A stretch of 64,000 nt of DNA from Geosiphon pyriformis uo1. Taxonomy: Eukaryota; Fungi; Glomeromycota. Positions 11,883 through 25,985 of the stretch are shown here, piece by piece. Below the pieces are notes generated by a model. The model searched no databases, had not been told where the DNA came from, and saw only the letters and a program-made list of their open reading frames with translations. The position numbers and the translations under genes were made by a program. Position 1 is the first letter of the stretch, and each line of letters begins with the position of its first letter. The DNA is taken from contig JAAOMT010000697.1 of NCBI GenBank assembly GCA_016748015.1, forward strand, positions 504,868 to 568,867. The letters run 5' to 3'.

Positions 11883-14800
11883 ACAGATTTAAATACTTTG
11901 GTAGTTAATAAGAATATAGATAATATTATACTATGAAAAACTTGTACTTAAACATATGTATTGGGTCAACTACCAAAAGCTTTTTATTTGTAAATTTAAG
12001 CAATAACAAATATGTTTTAATGCTCTTACTACTTAAATTTGACAGTTCCAAGCAATTCTTATTAATTAAATTACATGTTTCAGAAAAGTAGAGTTTTAAT
12101 TTGGCAAAATTTTCTGTATTGAATATTGAACTTTCTACTGTGTCTATAAATTTTTTTGGTAATAAGTTAATAGTAGTAAAAAAAATTTTCTATTGTGTTA
12201 ATGATTTAAAGAAATATTAATTCTTCAAAATTTTTTGATATAATTAGATCATCTTTTATATCTAAGTTTAGTTTAAAAAAAGCTAAGAAGTTGGCAATTA
12301 ATAAAAAAATTTTAGTCAATAATAATATCAAAATAACAAATAAACATACAGATTAAGAAGTAATAATTAAAAAAATTCATGTAAATCTTCTAAAATCAGC
12401 TGTAAAATCAGTTTTTTCTAAATTTGGCAAGATTGTATTTATTAGAATGCAGTTGATTGGTCTTTAACAAAAAGTTTTAATAAAATTAAGTTAGTTAAAG
12501 TTACTGATTTGGTTGCAGTCAAGTAGTCTGTTCTTATGGAAAAAAAAATTGTTTGTGTTACAAAGACTGTTGATAATAAACAAACATGAGTACTTAGAAA
12601 TTAGTATTGGATTTTGCTGTATACTTTGCCAATTGGTATTACTGCTTATAATCTCTTTAAATTATTGGTTTTATATAATAAAAAAACTTGTTTTATTGGT
12701 TATAATTTAGGTTCATATATATGTAACAAATATGCTGTGATTTGTTTTATTGATAAAACATTCAAAAAAACTGCTATTGATTCTATTTTAGTCTTTAAGA
12801 CTGTGAATTTACATTGAGTTGGTCTTTTTTTGGTTTGTTGTGTTTAATATAAAAAATTTGGTTATGTTTCTAATATTTGTTTAAAGGGTAATAATTTAGG
12901 TAATTATATTAAGAAAGTGGTTAATTTTCAGAATTAGATCTATCTGACAAATATATATATAAAAAAACAGTTATTAATTGCTTGCCTAGTTTTCTTTAAT
13001 AAAAAAACTTGGGCTCAAATTGCTGGTGGTTTTTCTTCTTGTGTAATTTTTTTGGTCTCTCTTAATAATAGTTTGTCTTTAAATGTTAAACTCTTTTTAT
13101 TAGTGTCTGTAGAAGTGAATAATAAGTTTGTTATCTTTGAGCACAGTTTTACTAGTTTTGTAAAACAAGTTAAAAAGTTAACTAAAAAGTTAGATGTACT
13201 TAGATCAACAGTTTTCCAGTCTAATCCTAAATGTCAGTTATTAGTGACTTTTTTATTACAGAATCAAGAAATAAATATAATAATAAGTGAGAGTTTAAGT
13301 GCAGTTACTAGTAATAAAACTGTTACAAAAATGGCATCTTTGGATTTATTAGTGATTTTTAAGTTGGAAAACAGTTTACAGAATTTTTAGATATGATTTT
13401 GGGCCTTATAACCAAGATGAACAATATTGGTCTTGGTTCAGATATTTTTCTTCTTAATAACTGATCTTGTATTGAAGATTGATACATGTAATATTAAAAA
13501 TATTAATGTTTTTGTTAAGCAGATTGATGTTGTTTAGTGATATGTTAATTTGAATAATATGATTTCTATTATTATAAAAATTAAATTAAGATCTAATATT
13601 AGGTCTTGAATAATAAATAAGTTTAAAGAAGTACAGATCTTCACATCTGGTTTGGATAAAAGTTTTTTTAATATTGAAGTGGCTATAATTATAAATAATT
13701 CATTGGCTCAGTATATTTTAAAGATTAATAAAATTTTGAGCAGAATTATTTTAGTTTATTTTTTGTTTAAAAATAAAATTTTAGTGACAATTTTGGAATT
13801 ATATGCTGGTGCTTTTTTTGAAGTTAGATTCGAACAGACATTAAAAATCAATTTTTTTATTGTCAAAGCAGTCAATTTTAGTTCTTTTGTGATCTTGGAT
13901 AAAGATTTCAATGAAAATTAATTAAAAAAAAGTACAAATTTCAAGTTTTGTTTAGATTTGAGTTTGGTTAATACATTTAATAAATATTTATTAGTCAAAG
14001 TTTCTATTTGAAATAACTTTAGAAGTGTTGAAAAAGTGTTAAATTTTATATTTGTAAATAAAAATCTGGTATCTTTAGTTACAAATTATAAGATTAATAT
14101 TGTGTCAGAATTTTTTGATATGAATTACAAAACAGTTTTGGTTTTAGTTAGTTTAAGTGGTTTTCTGGATATTTATCTTAATAGTATTTATAAGCAAGCT
14201 AATAAAAATCAATGAAAATTTAAAATAAAAAATACAAATAAAGCCAAATAGATATAATTTAAGAAGTGTTTTTCTAATAAGTTGTTGACAGTATTAGATA
14301 TGTTCAAGAAAACAGAATATTGTGGTAATTTAAATATAATATGAAAAATATTAAAAAATGTTTTAGTACAATCTACCAATATAGTGTTTTCTAAATATTA
14401 GTATAGTGAATATAATTGCTCAAAAAACAAGCAGTTATCAAAATATTTTAGGTTAAAACTGCTTATTGCTAAGATTATAAAAAAATAGAATTTTGGAGAT
14501 CTGTTGAAATTTGATTATTTTGTTAAAGTTTGGTCGATTATTGATAATATTAAAGCATCTAAAGTTGCTTATATAATTTAAAATAAAATAAGATCAACAA
14601 ACATTATTAAGTATTTGTTATTGGTTAGAAAAAAATATTACAAATCCAAATATTATGAATTAAAAGCATCTAAAAACATAACTATTTGAAAAACAATTGA
14701 CCAATATATAGAAATTTCTGTTCTAACAAAAAACAGATAATAAAAAGTATTTTGGAACAGTCTTTTTGCAAAGTTGTTTTGGATCATCTGGTAATAAAAA

Positions 14801-15473
14801 ATGAATTGGTTGTAAAGTCTAATAAAATAAAACTTAGAGTTGATAAAATCATAGAAAAGTAGACAAAAAAATAATCAGTATTTCCAAAAATGTTTGAACT
14901 TTGGTTTTGCTAATATATGCTTTTAGATTATGTTAATAATAATGCTTTTTTTGATGTAATAAAAAAAATTGATATAGAAGAATTAGCTTTGGTAGTTAAT
15001 AGTTTATTAAATAACAAGATAACTAAATTGTTGAGAATTCTAAATAAATTGTAAAAACATTACAGTAATAAGATGTTAAAATGTCTTTTAAGATTGTTAA
15101 ATTTGTGTTTAACTTTAGGTATAGTTTTAGTTTCTTAGAAAAAAGCATAGGTTTTAATAATCTCCAAATCTTATAAATAAAATAATGTTTTAACAAATAT
15201 TCAGCTTATTATACTGATTAAAACAGCTAGAAAAATTCTGTTAAAGATTTTTTTTGATCAGATATTCTTAATGTATAGTAAATTTAATATTTTTTATGAC
15301 AATAATTTTTCAGTATTAAAGAGTATTTCAATTTGGTTTCTTATTTTTGTTATTGGATTGGTTGTCAAAAATACACTAGAGAAGAATAAAAAACTTTAAT
15401 TGGTTTTGCAAGATATATGCAAGACTTATGATTTAATAGAGTGGTATTATCTAAAAGCTAGCTTACAGCATAT

Positions 15474-18400
15474 TGTTACAGATGATTATTTAGAATCTTA
15501 AAGCAAATAACAAATTCATAACTTGGTGCTAATAGCTAATATAATGAGGATATTTGAAGATTTTTGTATCTGAAAGTTTTTATGATTTAAAAGTTTTGGT
15601 TAAGTTCTTTGTATAATAGACAGAAATTTAATAGTGTTTTAGTAGTCTCCCAAAATTGCAATTCTATTGAATTTTTTTCTCAGCATGGTGGCCAGTAATC
15701 TGGCAGAAATGCCTTTTTAGTAAGCTATTCTTAAATTATCAAACTTTATACCCTTTTTTTGAAGTCTTTTACCAGGCTATTCTTGATGTCAATAACTCAA
15801 TGCTTAATTTTTTTAATCAATAGTAAATCAACAAACAAAAAAAAATAAAATAAAAATAAATAAAAAAAAATAAAAAAAAAATAAAAAATTAGTATCCTAT
15901 TAATAGCCATGATTAAGAGCTATTGTTCCAGTGTGGTTAAGTGTTAGATTTTATCAACATAAAGTGTTGATAAATAGAAAAGTGATTAGATTTTCAAACA
16001 AATAACAATAACATGAATTTAAAGAATTAAAAAGATATTTTATTTATATAATTTTATTTTGGTTGATAACAACTATTCTTGAAATAAGAGTTAATAAAAA
16101 AAAAAAAAAAAGAATTGTTCTAAATTAATAAAACTCTATTAAATTCTTCAGAAATTGCTTTTTTGCTTTTAATACTCTCACTATATATATATAATTTATG
16201 TTATATGAGATTCTTTGAATTTTTCAATTCTCTAGCCAGGAATCCTGTAATTCTGAAATTCTGCAATTCTTTTAAGAGAAATTCTGAAATTCTACTTTTA
16301 TTATGTTTATTCTGATTGGCTAATTTATGTACTAATATTTAATTCATATATTCTATGAGTAACATTATTTCCTCTTTTAATATTGAGTTTCTGCGAAATC
16401 TTCTAAATTTCTCTTTTGTATCAATGTTGTTGCTGTAATTTCTATTGTTATTTTTAAATCTAATTTTATATGTAACTAGGAGTTTTTAACTATAGTGGTC
16501 TGTCCAGAATATCAATTTCAAATCTTGCATTTGTATTATGTGCATGTTCAGACATAATATTCTCATTATTATCATTGAATTTAATTAATTCCTGCTCTAT
16601 TGTAAGATTTAGAAGTGTAATATATTGTTTGGTATTTGAAGTGGAGTTTGAATTGTTGTTGGCAAAGTTTGAATCATCATTGTCATTAGCAGAGTTTTAA
16701 TCATTGTTGTCATTAGTGGAGTTTGAATTGTTGCTGTTATTAGCAGAGTTTGAATCATTGTTGTTATTAGTGAAGTTTAAATTGAGATTAAGTTTCAATT
16801 CCAATTTCCATTTGTTCTCACTGATTGGCTTTTTTTCAAATATATGATGCATAGAAGTGGATTGTAACTATGTTCTAATATTCTGACTTAGGACTGTTAG
16901 GTGAGTTTTTCTGATTTATTAGTACTGTGGGAATTAGGGTTTATTGGGCTATTGAAGGTAAGTTTTCTTGTATGATAGTGGGATTTAAAATTTATTGGAC
17001 TTCGAATGTTTGGGTTTTTGAATAATTCCCAGAGTTTAAATTGCTAGAGGTTTAACAAGTTTTATCAACGGTAAGTTTTTTGTGTGATAGCAGAGTTGAA
17101 ATTATTGGGTTTTGAATGTTTGGGTTTTTGAATGATTAGGTCTTGAATAATCAGAGTTTTAATGAGTTTATTAAAGATAAGTTTCAAATATTTAGGGTTT
17201 TAACAATTGGGTCTTGAATAATCGGGGTTTTAATTTAACAAGTTTTTAACAAATTTATCAAAGGTAAGTTTTGAATGTTTGGGGTTTTAATAATCAGGTT
17301 TTAAATAATTGGAGTTTGAATTTAACAAGTTTTAATAAATTTATTAATAGTAATTTTCAAATGTTTGGGGTTTTAACAATTAGGCCTTGAATAATTGGAG
17401 TTAGAATTTAACAATTTTTTTATTAAAGATAAGTTTTGAATGTTCAGGGTTTTAATGATTGGGTCTTGAATAATCAGAGTTTTAATTTAACAAATTTTTC
17501 AAAAGTAATAGTAAAATAAAGATTTTGCAAATTCTAAGTGATTTTTCTTTGTTTTTTTTTAGTCTGCTATTTTTCTGCATGGTTGTTGTTGGTACTGGTT
17601 TTTTGTTGGATTATATTTTACAGGAAGCACCAAATGTTACAGGTGATTATTTGAAATCTCAAAGCAAATAACAAACTCATAACTTGGTGCTAATAGCTAA
17701 TATGATGGGGATATTTGAAGATTTTTGTGATCTAAAGGTTTTTGTATCTGAAGGTTTTCATGATCTGAAGGTTTTGGTTGAGTCTTTTGTATAATAGACA
17801 GAGATTCAATAGTGTTTCAGTAACCTTTCAGAATTGCAATTCTGTTGAATTTTTTTCTCAGCATAGTGGCCAGTAATTTGACAGAGATGTCCTTCTGATA
17901 AGCTATTTTTAAATTATTAAACTTTATACCCTTTTTTTGGAGTTTTTTACCAGACTATCTTTGATGTTAATAACTCAGTAATTAATTTCTTTAATCAGTA
18001 ATAAATCAACAAACAAAAGAAAATAAAAAAAAATAAAAAAAAATAAGAAATTAGTATTCTGTCAATAGTCATGATCAAGAGCTATTGTTCTAGTGTGGTT
18101 AAGTATTGGATTTTATCAACATGAAGTGTTAATAAATAGAAGAGTAATTAGATTTTTAAACAAATGACAATAACATGAATTTGAAGAATTAAAAAGATAT
18201 TTTATTTATATAATTCTATTTTTGTTGATAGCAATTATTCTTGAAATGAGAGTTAATAAAAAAAAAAAGAGAATTGTTCTAAATTAATAAAACTCTATTG
18301 AATTCTCCAGAAATTGCTTTTTCTGCTTTTAATACTTTTATTATATATATATAATTTATATTATATAAGATTCTTTGAATTCTTCAATTTTTTAGTCAGG

Positions 18401-18539
18401 AATCTTGTAATTTTTCATATGAGAATCCTATAATTCTGCAATTCTTTTAAGAAAAATCCTGGAATTCTACTTTTATTACGTATATTTTGATTGGCTAATT
18501 TATGTACTAATATTTAATTCCTATATTCTATGAGTAATA
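15474..18539 (-). mobile_element. Non-autonomous LTR retrotransposon (TRIM/LARD-like) nested in the LINE RT
   Basis: LTRs 15474-16364 and 17635-18539; PBS just inside 17634; PPT just inside 16365; TSD ATAT; 1.27-kb internal region without RT or integrase. The LINE frame (..LQHIK.C) resumes after it. Confidence 0.92.
16640..17500. repeat. Tandem repeats inside the non-autonomous element: about 5 x 27 bp (16640-16780) and about 6 imperfect 70-87 bp units (16960-17500)
   Basis: Recurring GAGTTTGAATYRTTGTTGTYATTA and TCTTGAATAATC anchors. Confidence 0.75.
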
Positions 18540-21500
18540 ATATTAAGATATGCAGTCATTTTTTGCCAACATACATAAAGATCAGATTGATAGGATGATA
18601 ACTGATTTTGGACTTTTAGATAGTTACAAGATATATAATAGATTAGATTAAGATAAAGTTTTTTCTCCTTTTTTCTGGAGAATTTTTTATGATTTACTTT
18701 TGTGTGAAGTTAAAAAACATAAGCACTTGTATAGATACTGAAATAATATAAAGTTTGTGGTTAGAACTGGCAAAATTGAGATTATTAAAAAAAAACATTA
18801 TTTTTTGTTGTTAGTACCTTTGTTAATGATATAATTTAAGTCAAAAGTAGCCAAGCTTTTACTCAATACATTTTGAATATTGTTAGTAAGTTTTTTAATA
18901 TTAATAACATTTCAATTAATAATAAAAAGACAGTGGTTATTTCTATCAATCAAAGTGTTAAAACTGTCTTATTAATAATTAGTGGTTTGCCAATTATAAT
19001 TGCTAAAAAAAATAAATTACACAAATACTTAAGAATTTTTTTGTTAACTAAAGATTTTTTTAAGTCTAATTTGGTTGAAGCTTATGCCAATATCAGATTT
19101 TTTTCTAATGTGATATTAAAAAAAGCAATTACAAATAAACAATTTTTTTATTTGGTCTTAGTTGTTTTATAGCTTATAGTTAGTTATCAGTCACAGTTTA
19201 ATTTTGTTTTATTAAGTGTGTGTTATAAGTAAAATGTAATAATCAAAAAAAATTTTAAAGCCAAAACCAGTTTATTAGATGATTTTTTTAGTAAAAATTT
19301 GCATTATCTATTCTTGTATAGTTTAAAGCTTTTTAAGCAAATACAGTTCAAAGAAAAAATGGTTATATTAATTGCTTTTTCTAATGTATTGAGCATTTTT
19401 AGACATCTGTTTAAACATAGATTTTTGGATTTATAGGTTTTGAAGTGGTCTTTTTTAAACTTTTTGCAGTTTTTTATTAAGTTGTATATCAGTTCAATAA
19501 ACAATTTTTTAACTAAGATGGTAAAAATTTTTTTGGACAATGATTTATCTTTAGTAAACAATTTGTTTAATGTATTTTGTAGTTTTAGTAAATTCTCAAT
19601 ATTAGACATTTTGGAAAAATTTCTGTATTATAGTTCTGTTTTTTCTCTAAAACAGTTTAGAATTGCTTTTGGTAATAGACTTTTAGACAAAAAAAAGAAT
19701 GTAATAAGTTAAAAAACATTTCATTAATAGAAAAAATTAGATCCAAGAGGTCTTGTGTTTTATTGGTTCAAGTTAATGTCTAAATTTTTAATTGATAAGA
19801 GTTTTTTAATAGTTGATTTTGCTAATATTAGAGAATTAATTGGTCTGGATATTTTAAAATCTAAAAAGTTTTCTAATGTATGAAAAAACTTGCTTGAGAT
19901 TTGGTTTGATTCTGTTAAAGTTTACACAGACAGTTTTTTAAAGTATGCTGGTTTTGCTGAAGTTACTAATAAGGTGGCTGTCTACTTTTTAGCTGTGAAT
20001 GCAGGTTTTGGTGTTAAGATGTGTAGTTTTTTGTCTTTTACAATAACTGGATTACAGGCTGTTATACTGTTTTTGGAGTATGTTTTATCTTTTTGTTTAG
20101 TGGTTTTATATCTGAATAGCCAATTTGTTATTAATATGTGTTTCTAAAATTTTTTTTGCTATATAAAATTTTTATAATTAGTGTTGGATGAAAAAAAAGC
20201 ATATTGTTAATTTAATTAAAAATAAAAATCTTTTGTTATATGGGTATTTCAAATAATATTTGAGCTGATAAAATAGCAAATAAAATTGCTTATTTTCTTT
20301 TTTTTCTGCCAATTGGAATTTAAAAATGTTTCATAATAGCTAAGAATATGACTATGTTTAACAATACTCATTATTTTGTTTATAATTTATACAGATTTGT
20401 TTGTCATGCTCAATAGAAAACTGGTCTTGATGTGATTTTAATTGTGTTAATTAGAGAGGTAGATTGGTTAGCTACCACAAAAGTTTAGCATTTTAACTTA
20501 CATATGCTTTCTGAGTTTACTAATAGAAAGTCTGTAAATATATATATATACTTAATAAAAACTGTATATAAGCAACTACTAATAGCAGTTAAAAAAAGAT
20601 TGTATAATAGATTATATTTTGGTATGTTATATTTACTGTATAGTAAGATAGAATTATTTAACTATGTTTTTGCTTATATTGGAAATAATAAGATTCGAAA
20701 AAATATTTTGGTAGAAGCTTCTGAAATATAGATGTCATTAGTAAATGCTTGCTGTCTGCTCTTTTCTGTTGTTCTACAAACATTTTTTCAGTGTTTATTA
20801 AATATAAGTTTGTATATAACAATTTATAAGAAATTTGTGCTAAGAAACTAATATGTTAAAGCTGCTACAGTTTTTAATAAAAAAGTAAAAACAGTTTCTG
20901 TTTTTGTTAAATATGTGAAACATTTGGTAAAATTGTATTGGACTAAAATATGGCTTATAAGATAAAAGAATAAGATAAACATAAAAAAAGCTGGATTGGT
21001 CAAAAATAGTAATGTGGTTTCAGATTTGCTTTGTTGTATAGTGTTTATATTATTTAATAGAGTGGTTTGATTGCTTAGTATAATAGAGTTTTTTACAATT
21101 AATTTTAGTAAACATAAATAGTGTCTTTTTTTTTTAGTTTAGGTAAAAATATATATATTAATATAAATATTTAGTGTTGTTTTATCTGGTTTGAGTGGCT
21201 AACTACATGTAGTAAAAATGTAAGTCATATTTAGTTTGAACCACTTAGTTTGGTTCTATATACTAAATAATTGTTAAACTTTACTCATTAAATATTTAAT
21301 AATAAAAAAACTTATTAATAATTAAATAACTTATTAAAAAGATAAAAAACATTATAATAAATTAATTATTATGTTAAAAAGTAAAATACCAAATATTAAA
21401 AATTATTAATATTTAAATTTCTGTTTTTTATATAAAAAAATTTATCATAAAAATTTTTAAATTTATTAAAATTTTAAAGAATAAGTTTTTGTCTAAAATT

Positions 21501-21589
21501 TCAATCTTTATAAATAGTTCTATTAAAAACTTTCGTTTTTTTAATGCTATTAATAATACTATTATAAATAAACTTAGTAAAATATAGTT

Positions 21590-22545
21590 GTAATATTTGG
21601 TGTTTATAATTTAATAATAAAAACTGAGCAATTTTCACATAAATTGGCTTTGATTACAAATTAATTTATCAGTTTTTAAAAGTTTTTTCTGGTTTATTAA
21701 GTTTTTTTGGTATAAGACACAGAAATATTGTTTTTATAATAATATTATAATAGTTGTGTTTTTTTTTGAGTTAGTTAAGTACAGTTATTAGGATTTAATA
21801 TTGTTTTTTTATTTTTCTAATAAACTAATAAAATAAAATTAATATTTAACATTTAAGAAAAGTGTTCTTTTTTTACTAAGTTATTATAAAATTTATTCTT
21901 AAACAGTCAATTTTTAGTATTGATACTTTACAAAAAAAATAAAAAAAAATAAAAAAATAAAAAAAATAAAAAAAAATAAAAAGAAATAAAAAAAATAAAA
22001 ACAAAATTAGTATTTTGTTAATTATTATAATTAAGAACAATTGTTTTAAGTTATTAAAGTTCTAAAAATGTTTATGCTAATTGTATTTAATCTGAAATAA
22101 AAGTAAAAGAAACAATTAATTCAATTTTAATAATTAGAATATTAAAATTAAGTATTTTTATATAGAATAACAATATTTTATTAAATAAATAAAAAATATA
22201 GAGAATAAAAAAAAAAATTTGCAAACTAAAAATAAGATATTTAAATTTGATTCTTGTCTGTTTTTTTTTATTTGCTAAAACTACTTATATTTTTTAGTTT
22301 TATAATATTGTTTTTAATTGTTTATTATTATTAATTATTGTTTATTTTTTTAGTTATTGTTTTGTTTTTTATATTATAATTAGTTATTATATATTATTAT
22401 TGGTTATTTTATGTTATTTTGTATTATTTTGCATTATTTTATGTTATCTTATATTATTTTGTGTTATTCTATATTATTTTGTGTTCTTATATTGTAATTA
22501 TGTTTTTTATTATAGTTTTTGATCAGTTTTTTATTCGAATAACAA
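21590..22545 (-). mobile_element. Very degenerate LTR-like remnant
   Basis: A-rich tract followed by AATTAGTATT..ATTAAGA as in family A LTRs, plus 10-bp repeats at 22400-22490; boundaries uncertain. Confidence 0.45.
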
Positions 22546-22564
22546 TATAATTGTTTATTTTTTT

Positions 22565-23880
22565 GATTTAAGTTTGGATATAAATGTAAAAATTTATAGT
22601 TTTCTGTCTTTAACTTTAACTAAATTGCAAACTATTGTATTGGTTCTTAAATATATTTTAGTATTTTTAGAATCATAATTTATTTGAATAGCTAAGCAGT
22701 CTTAAATACATATTAAGTCAAATTAAAATTAATAACTTTTGATTTTGCAACAAGTATTAAATAAAACATTATTATATTAATAATTTAATTAAAAACAAAA
22801 ACATTTTGGTTAATTAGACCAAAGTAAAGAGTTATTTTGATATATTAAACAATAAATATATTAATATATTAGTAGATTATATTGGTTTTTTAGTACTTGT
22901 TTTTTTATATATATATTAAAAAAAAATTTTGATGGTAAAAAATAAAATAATTTTCAGTAATTTTTAGTATTTTATTAGATTAACAAAAAATACTATGAAA
23001 TATTTTTAATAAGAGATTGAATCTGGTTTAAAAATAGTAAATCTATTTATTTTTAATAGTATTAATTAATAATATACAACTTTAATTTGGCATTTTAACT
23101 CTTATATAGTGATTAAATACATACACAAAACTATTGTTAACTTATATATATACTTAATAAAAACTGTATATAATAGATTATTTATAGCAATTAAGAAGTA
23201 TTTGTATAATTACAATTACTCAAACATATTATATATGTATTATAATAAGATAGAATTTTCAGATTATATTTTTATTTGTAATTTGAATTTTATTGTTTAG
23301 CAAAATCTGTTGAATAAACTTTTTTTATAAATATTTTTAATTAATACTAATTTAAAATTATCTGTTATTTTTCAATTATTGGCTTTAAATGTTTTTAATA
23401 TTAGTTTGTATATAATTTTATACAAAAAATTTTTGTTTAAGAATTGATTAGTAAAACCAGAATTTTTTTAAAAAATATTAAATTAATTGTTTCAAATTTG
23501 GTTAATTTTATATGAAATTTAATTATTAATTACAAAGAGTATATATGGCTATCTAATTCTAAGTTTTAAGTAAAAATAAATTATATAAATTTAATAAAAA
23601 AAGATAATTTAGTAATAAATATTATTTAAGACTTTTTTACTAAAATATTAGATAAAATTATTTATTTGTTAAGAATTGTATACTATTGGTTTTAATTTAC
23701 AAATTAGATGTTTATTTTTTGTTAGTGCAATTAGAAAAATTTCTGTTAATATAGTTATATAGTATTGTTTTAATTAATTAAATAGCTAATTATATCTAAT
23801 TTATAATTTTAGATAATTATATTATATTAGATAATAATTAAATTTTATTCATTAAATAAATAAATAAATAAATAAATAAA
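22565..23880 (+). mobile_element. LINE 3' fragment (RNase H to end, (TAAA)n tail)
   Basis: L.KLQTIVLVL and YIYLIKTVYNRL..IKK.LY match the ORF2 C-terminus; degenerate 3' UTR; (TAAA)7 at 23853-23880. Confidence 0.75.
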
Positions 23881-24242
23881 ATATTATAAAATATAATACA
23901 ATATATTTATTTGTAATATTTAATGCTTTTAATAAGATATAATTTACAAAAAATAACAAATTAAATAATAATTAGCAAAAATAGCAAAATTAAATTACAT
24001 AAAATAAATTATTTTTTTATAAAAATAGCTTTATAATAATTATTATTTTAATGTTTTATGTATTAAATATAATAAGATAAAATACATAATATTATTAAAA
24101 CTTTTTTTCTCTCCTTCGTCCAAAATTCCCAAAAAAGAGTCAAAAGTTTTTTGATAAAGAAGTTATTTTCACAATTCAGTACGATAAATCCAAACCCTTT
24201 ATTCTTAACTATGAGGCCACTGTTGGCTGTAGTATTGCTGTT

Positions 24243-25985
24243 ATGAAAAAGATTGCTAAAGTTTCTGGCTCTAATGATGGCTTCAAACCTGTTCTTTTAA
24301 AGAAAAAGAGAAGAGATGGTGCTCTAAAAAATAGTTCTGGTAATAAAGTTGTTGGTACTAAGGTTTAAAATAGTCATTCATGAGGTTCAGAAACCAGCAA
24401 TACCACTGAGTTTGATAGCATTGATATGGAAGAAGAATGTCTGGTAGAAAAAACTAGCTTCAGGCAAAAAAGCGGAGAAGAGTCTGGTGGTATTGATACT
24501 GATATAATGCCTAAGGGTCCCAAGAGGATTGTTACCAAGTGTACTCTTGGGAAGCCTCTTGGCACTATTAATTTCGGCATGGAAAATGATGATGATGATG
24601 ATATTTTGGATGGGTCACTCTCTCTCTCTCCCTCTCTCTCTCTCAAACATATGGTGCAGATCTCGGTCAGAAAATCTTTTGCTCTAGATATTGATCTTGA
24701 AGTGGTTGCTGACAAGTCATCTTAAGAGAAACTAGCTTATGTCAGAAAAATTTTTTCTGGTGTGAATGATTTTGGGGAGACCTCTACCCCCTTAAAATTT
24801 GGTGGTATTATTTGGGCATCTTTCACTTCTAATAAGGCGATGATGGTGACGGCAAAAATGGCAAATGATCGTGGTATTGTGATAAACACCAATCTCAAGT
24901 GCTCTGGTGACAATCGTATGAATCGGGCTATTGTGTTGAAAGAAATTCCAGTGGGAACTTCTGTGGAGGCTGTGCATGCTGCAGTGTCTAAATTTAGAAA
25001 GATTAAGACGAACAAAATGCAGTTGGTGGGTTTGTGGCAGAAGATGATCATTGAATTAGAAGATTAAATACAGACTGATTTATTGGCTTCTAAGTGGTCC
25101 ATCCTCATTGAGAAAGATGTGGTTTGTATGACCAGAGCTGATATTGACAAACAATCATGGGATGCCAAGAATAGTTTTAGGGCTTTGCTACATACTCTCC
25201 CCATGGAAACCACAGCTCATGATTTGTGGAACTTTATTGGTTCTATTGGTGAGAAAACTTGCTTCATTGATCACAATCTCTTGAATTATTCTTATGCCTG
25301 TTGTGCCTCTGTGTGTTTTGGTTCTGAATTGGATCTGGTTAATGCAATGGCAGTAACTCTGGTTATAAAGAGTGTTGGTCTCCACTGGTCTCATCTTTCT
25401 TTGGCGTTGTGTGTGGTTTGCAAGAATTTTGGCCATATGTCTCAGGACCAGCTCAGACTGGTGAGAATTTATGCAAAAAAATCTGCTCCCATCTTCCATC
25501 TCCTGGCATTTGGTGGTAAAACTTGGGTGTCGGTTGTTGGTGCTTCTCCTATTCACCCCCCCTCTGGTAGCAAGTCACAATTTGGTTCTATTATTAATAG
25601 TAAACCTCTTCCTCCCGTCGTAGATGAATTGGAAGAACATCTAGTCAGTATTGAAAGCAGTCTCATCAGCCTCGCGGAACAAATTGGTGAGTTGGCTAAG
25701 AGGTTGAATTCACTCGTGCTGGCAGTTTCCCAGCCTAACCCTGGATATTAGCTGCCAGTGACCCCCCCATCACAGAATCTGGAGGGTGATATAGTGATGG
25801 GAACAGCTTTGGGTAAGACCACTAGTGATAAGACTGCTGTGATTGTGAACTCATCAGTGTCTTCCCAAGTTATTAGGTTGGAAAATATGTTAGAAGGACT
25901 CTCCAAATCTGTGTTAAGCTTGTCTGCTTGTTTTGAAAGTTTGGTTTTGGCTGGTGGTGCAAACTCTCAACTCTCTTCTCAATGA
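24243..25985 (+). pseudogene. LINE ORF1 (RRM-like regions, CCHC-like knuckle CVVCKNFGH, coiled coil)
   Basis: Single frame broken by point-mutation stops; homologous to 50378-51382 plus 60018-60803. Confidence 0.85.

Larger units (their letters stand above)
11883..21310 (+). mobile_element. Old, heavily AT-mutated LINE (ORF1; ORF2 APE-RT-RNaseH-Zn finger), interrupted by an LTR element
   Basis: Collinear with 24101-30800: DKDFNEN (APE), LQD..K.YD (RT), VYTDSFL (RNase H), stop at about 21172, same 3' UTR and A tail; many stop codons. Confidence 0.88.

Noticed and set aside
12513-23300. Many short I/K/N/F/L-rich ORFs that look like membrane or organellar proteins
   Set aside because: They are AT-mutated fragments of LINE ORF1/ORF2, collinear with the better preserved copies; not NUMT or endobacterial DNA.
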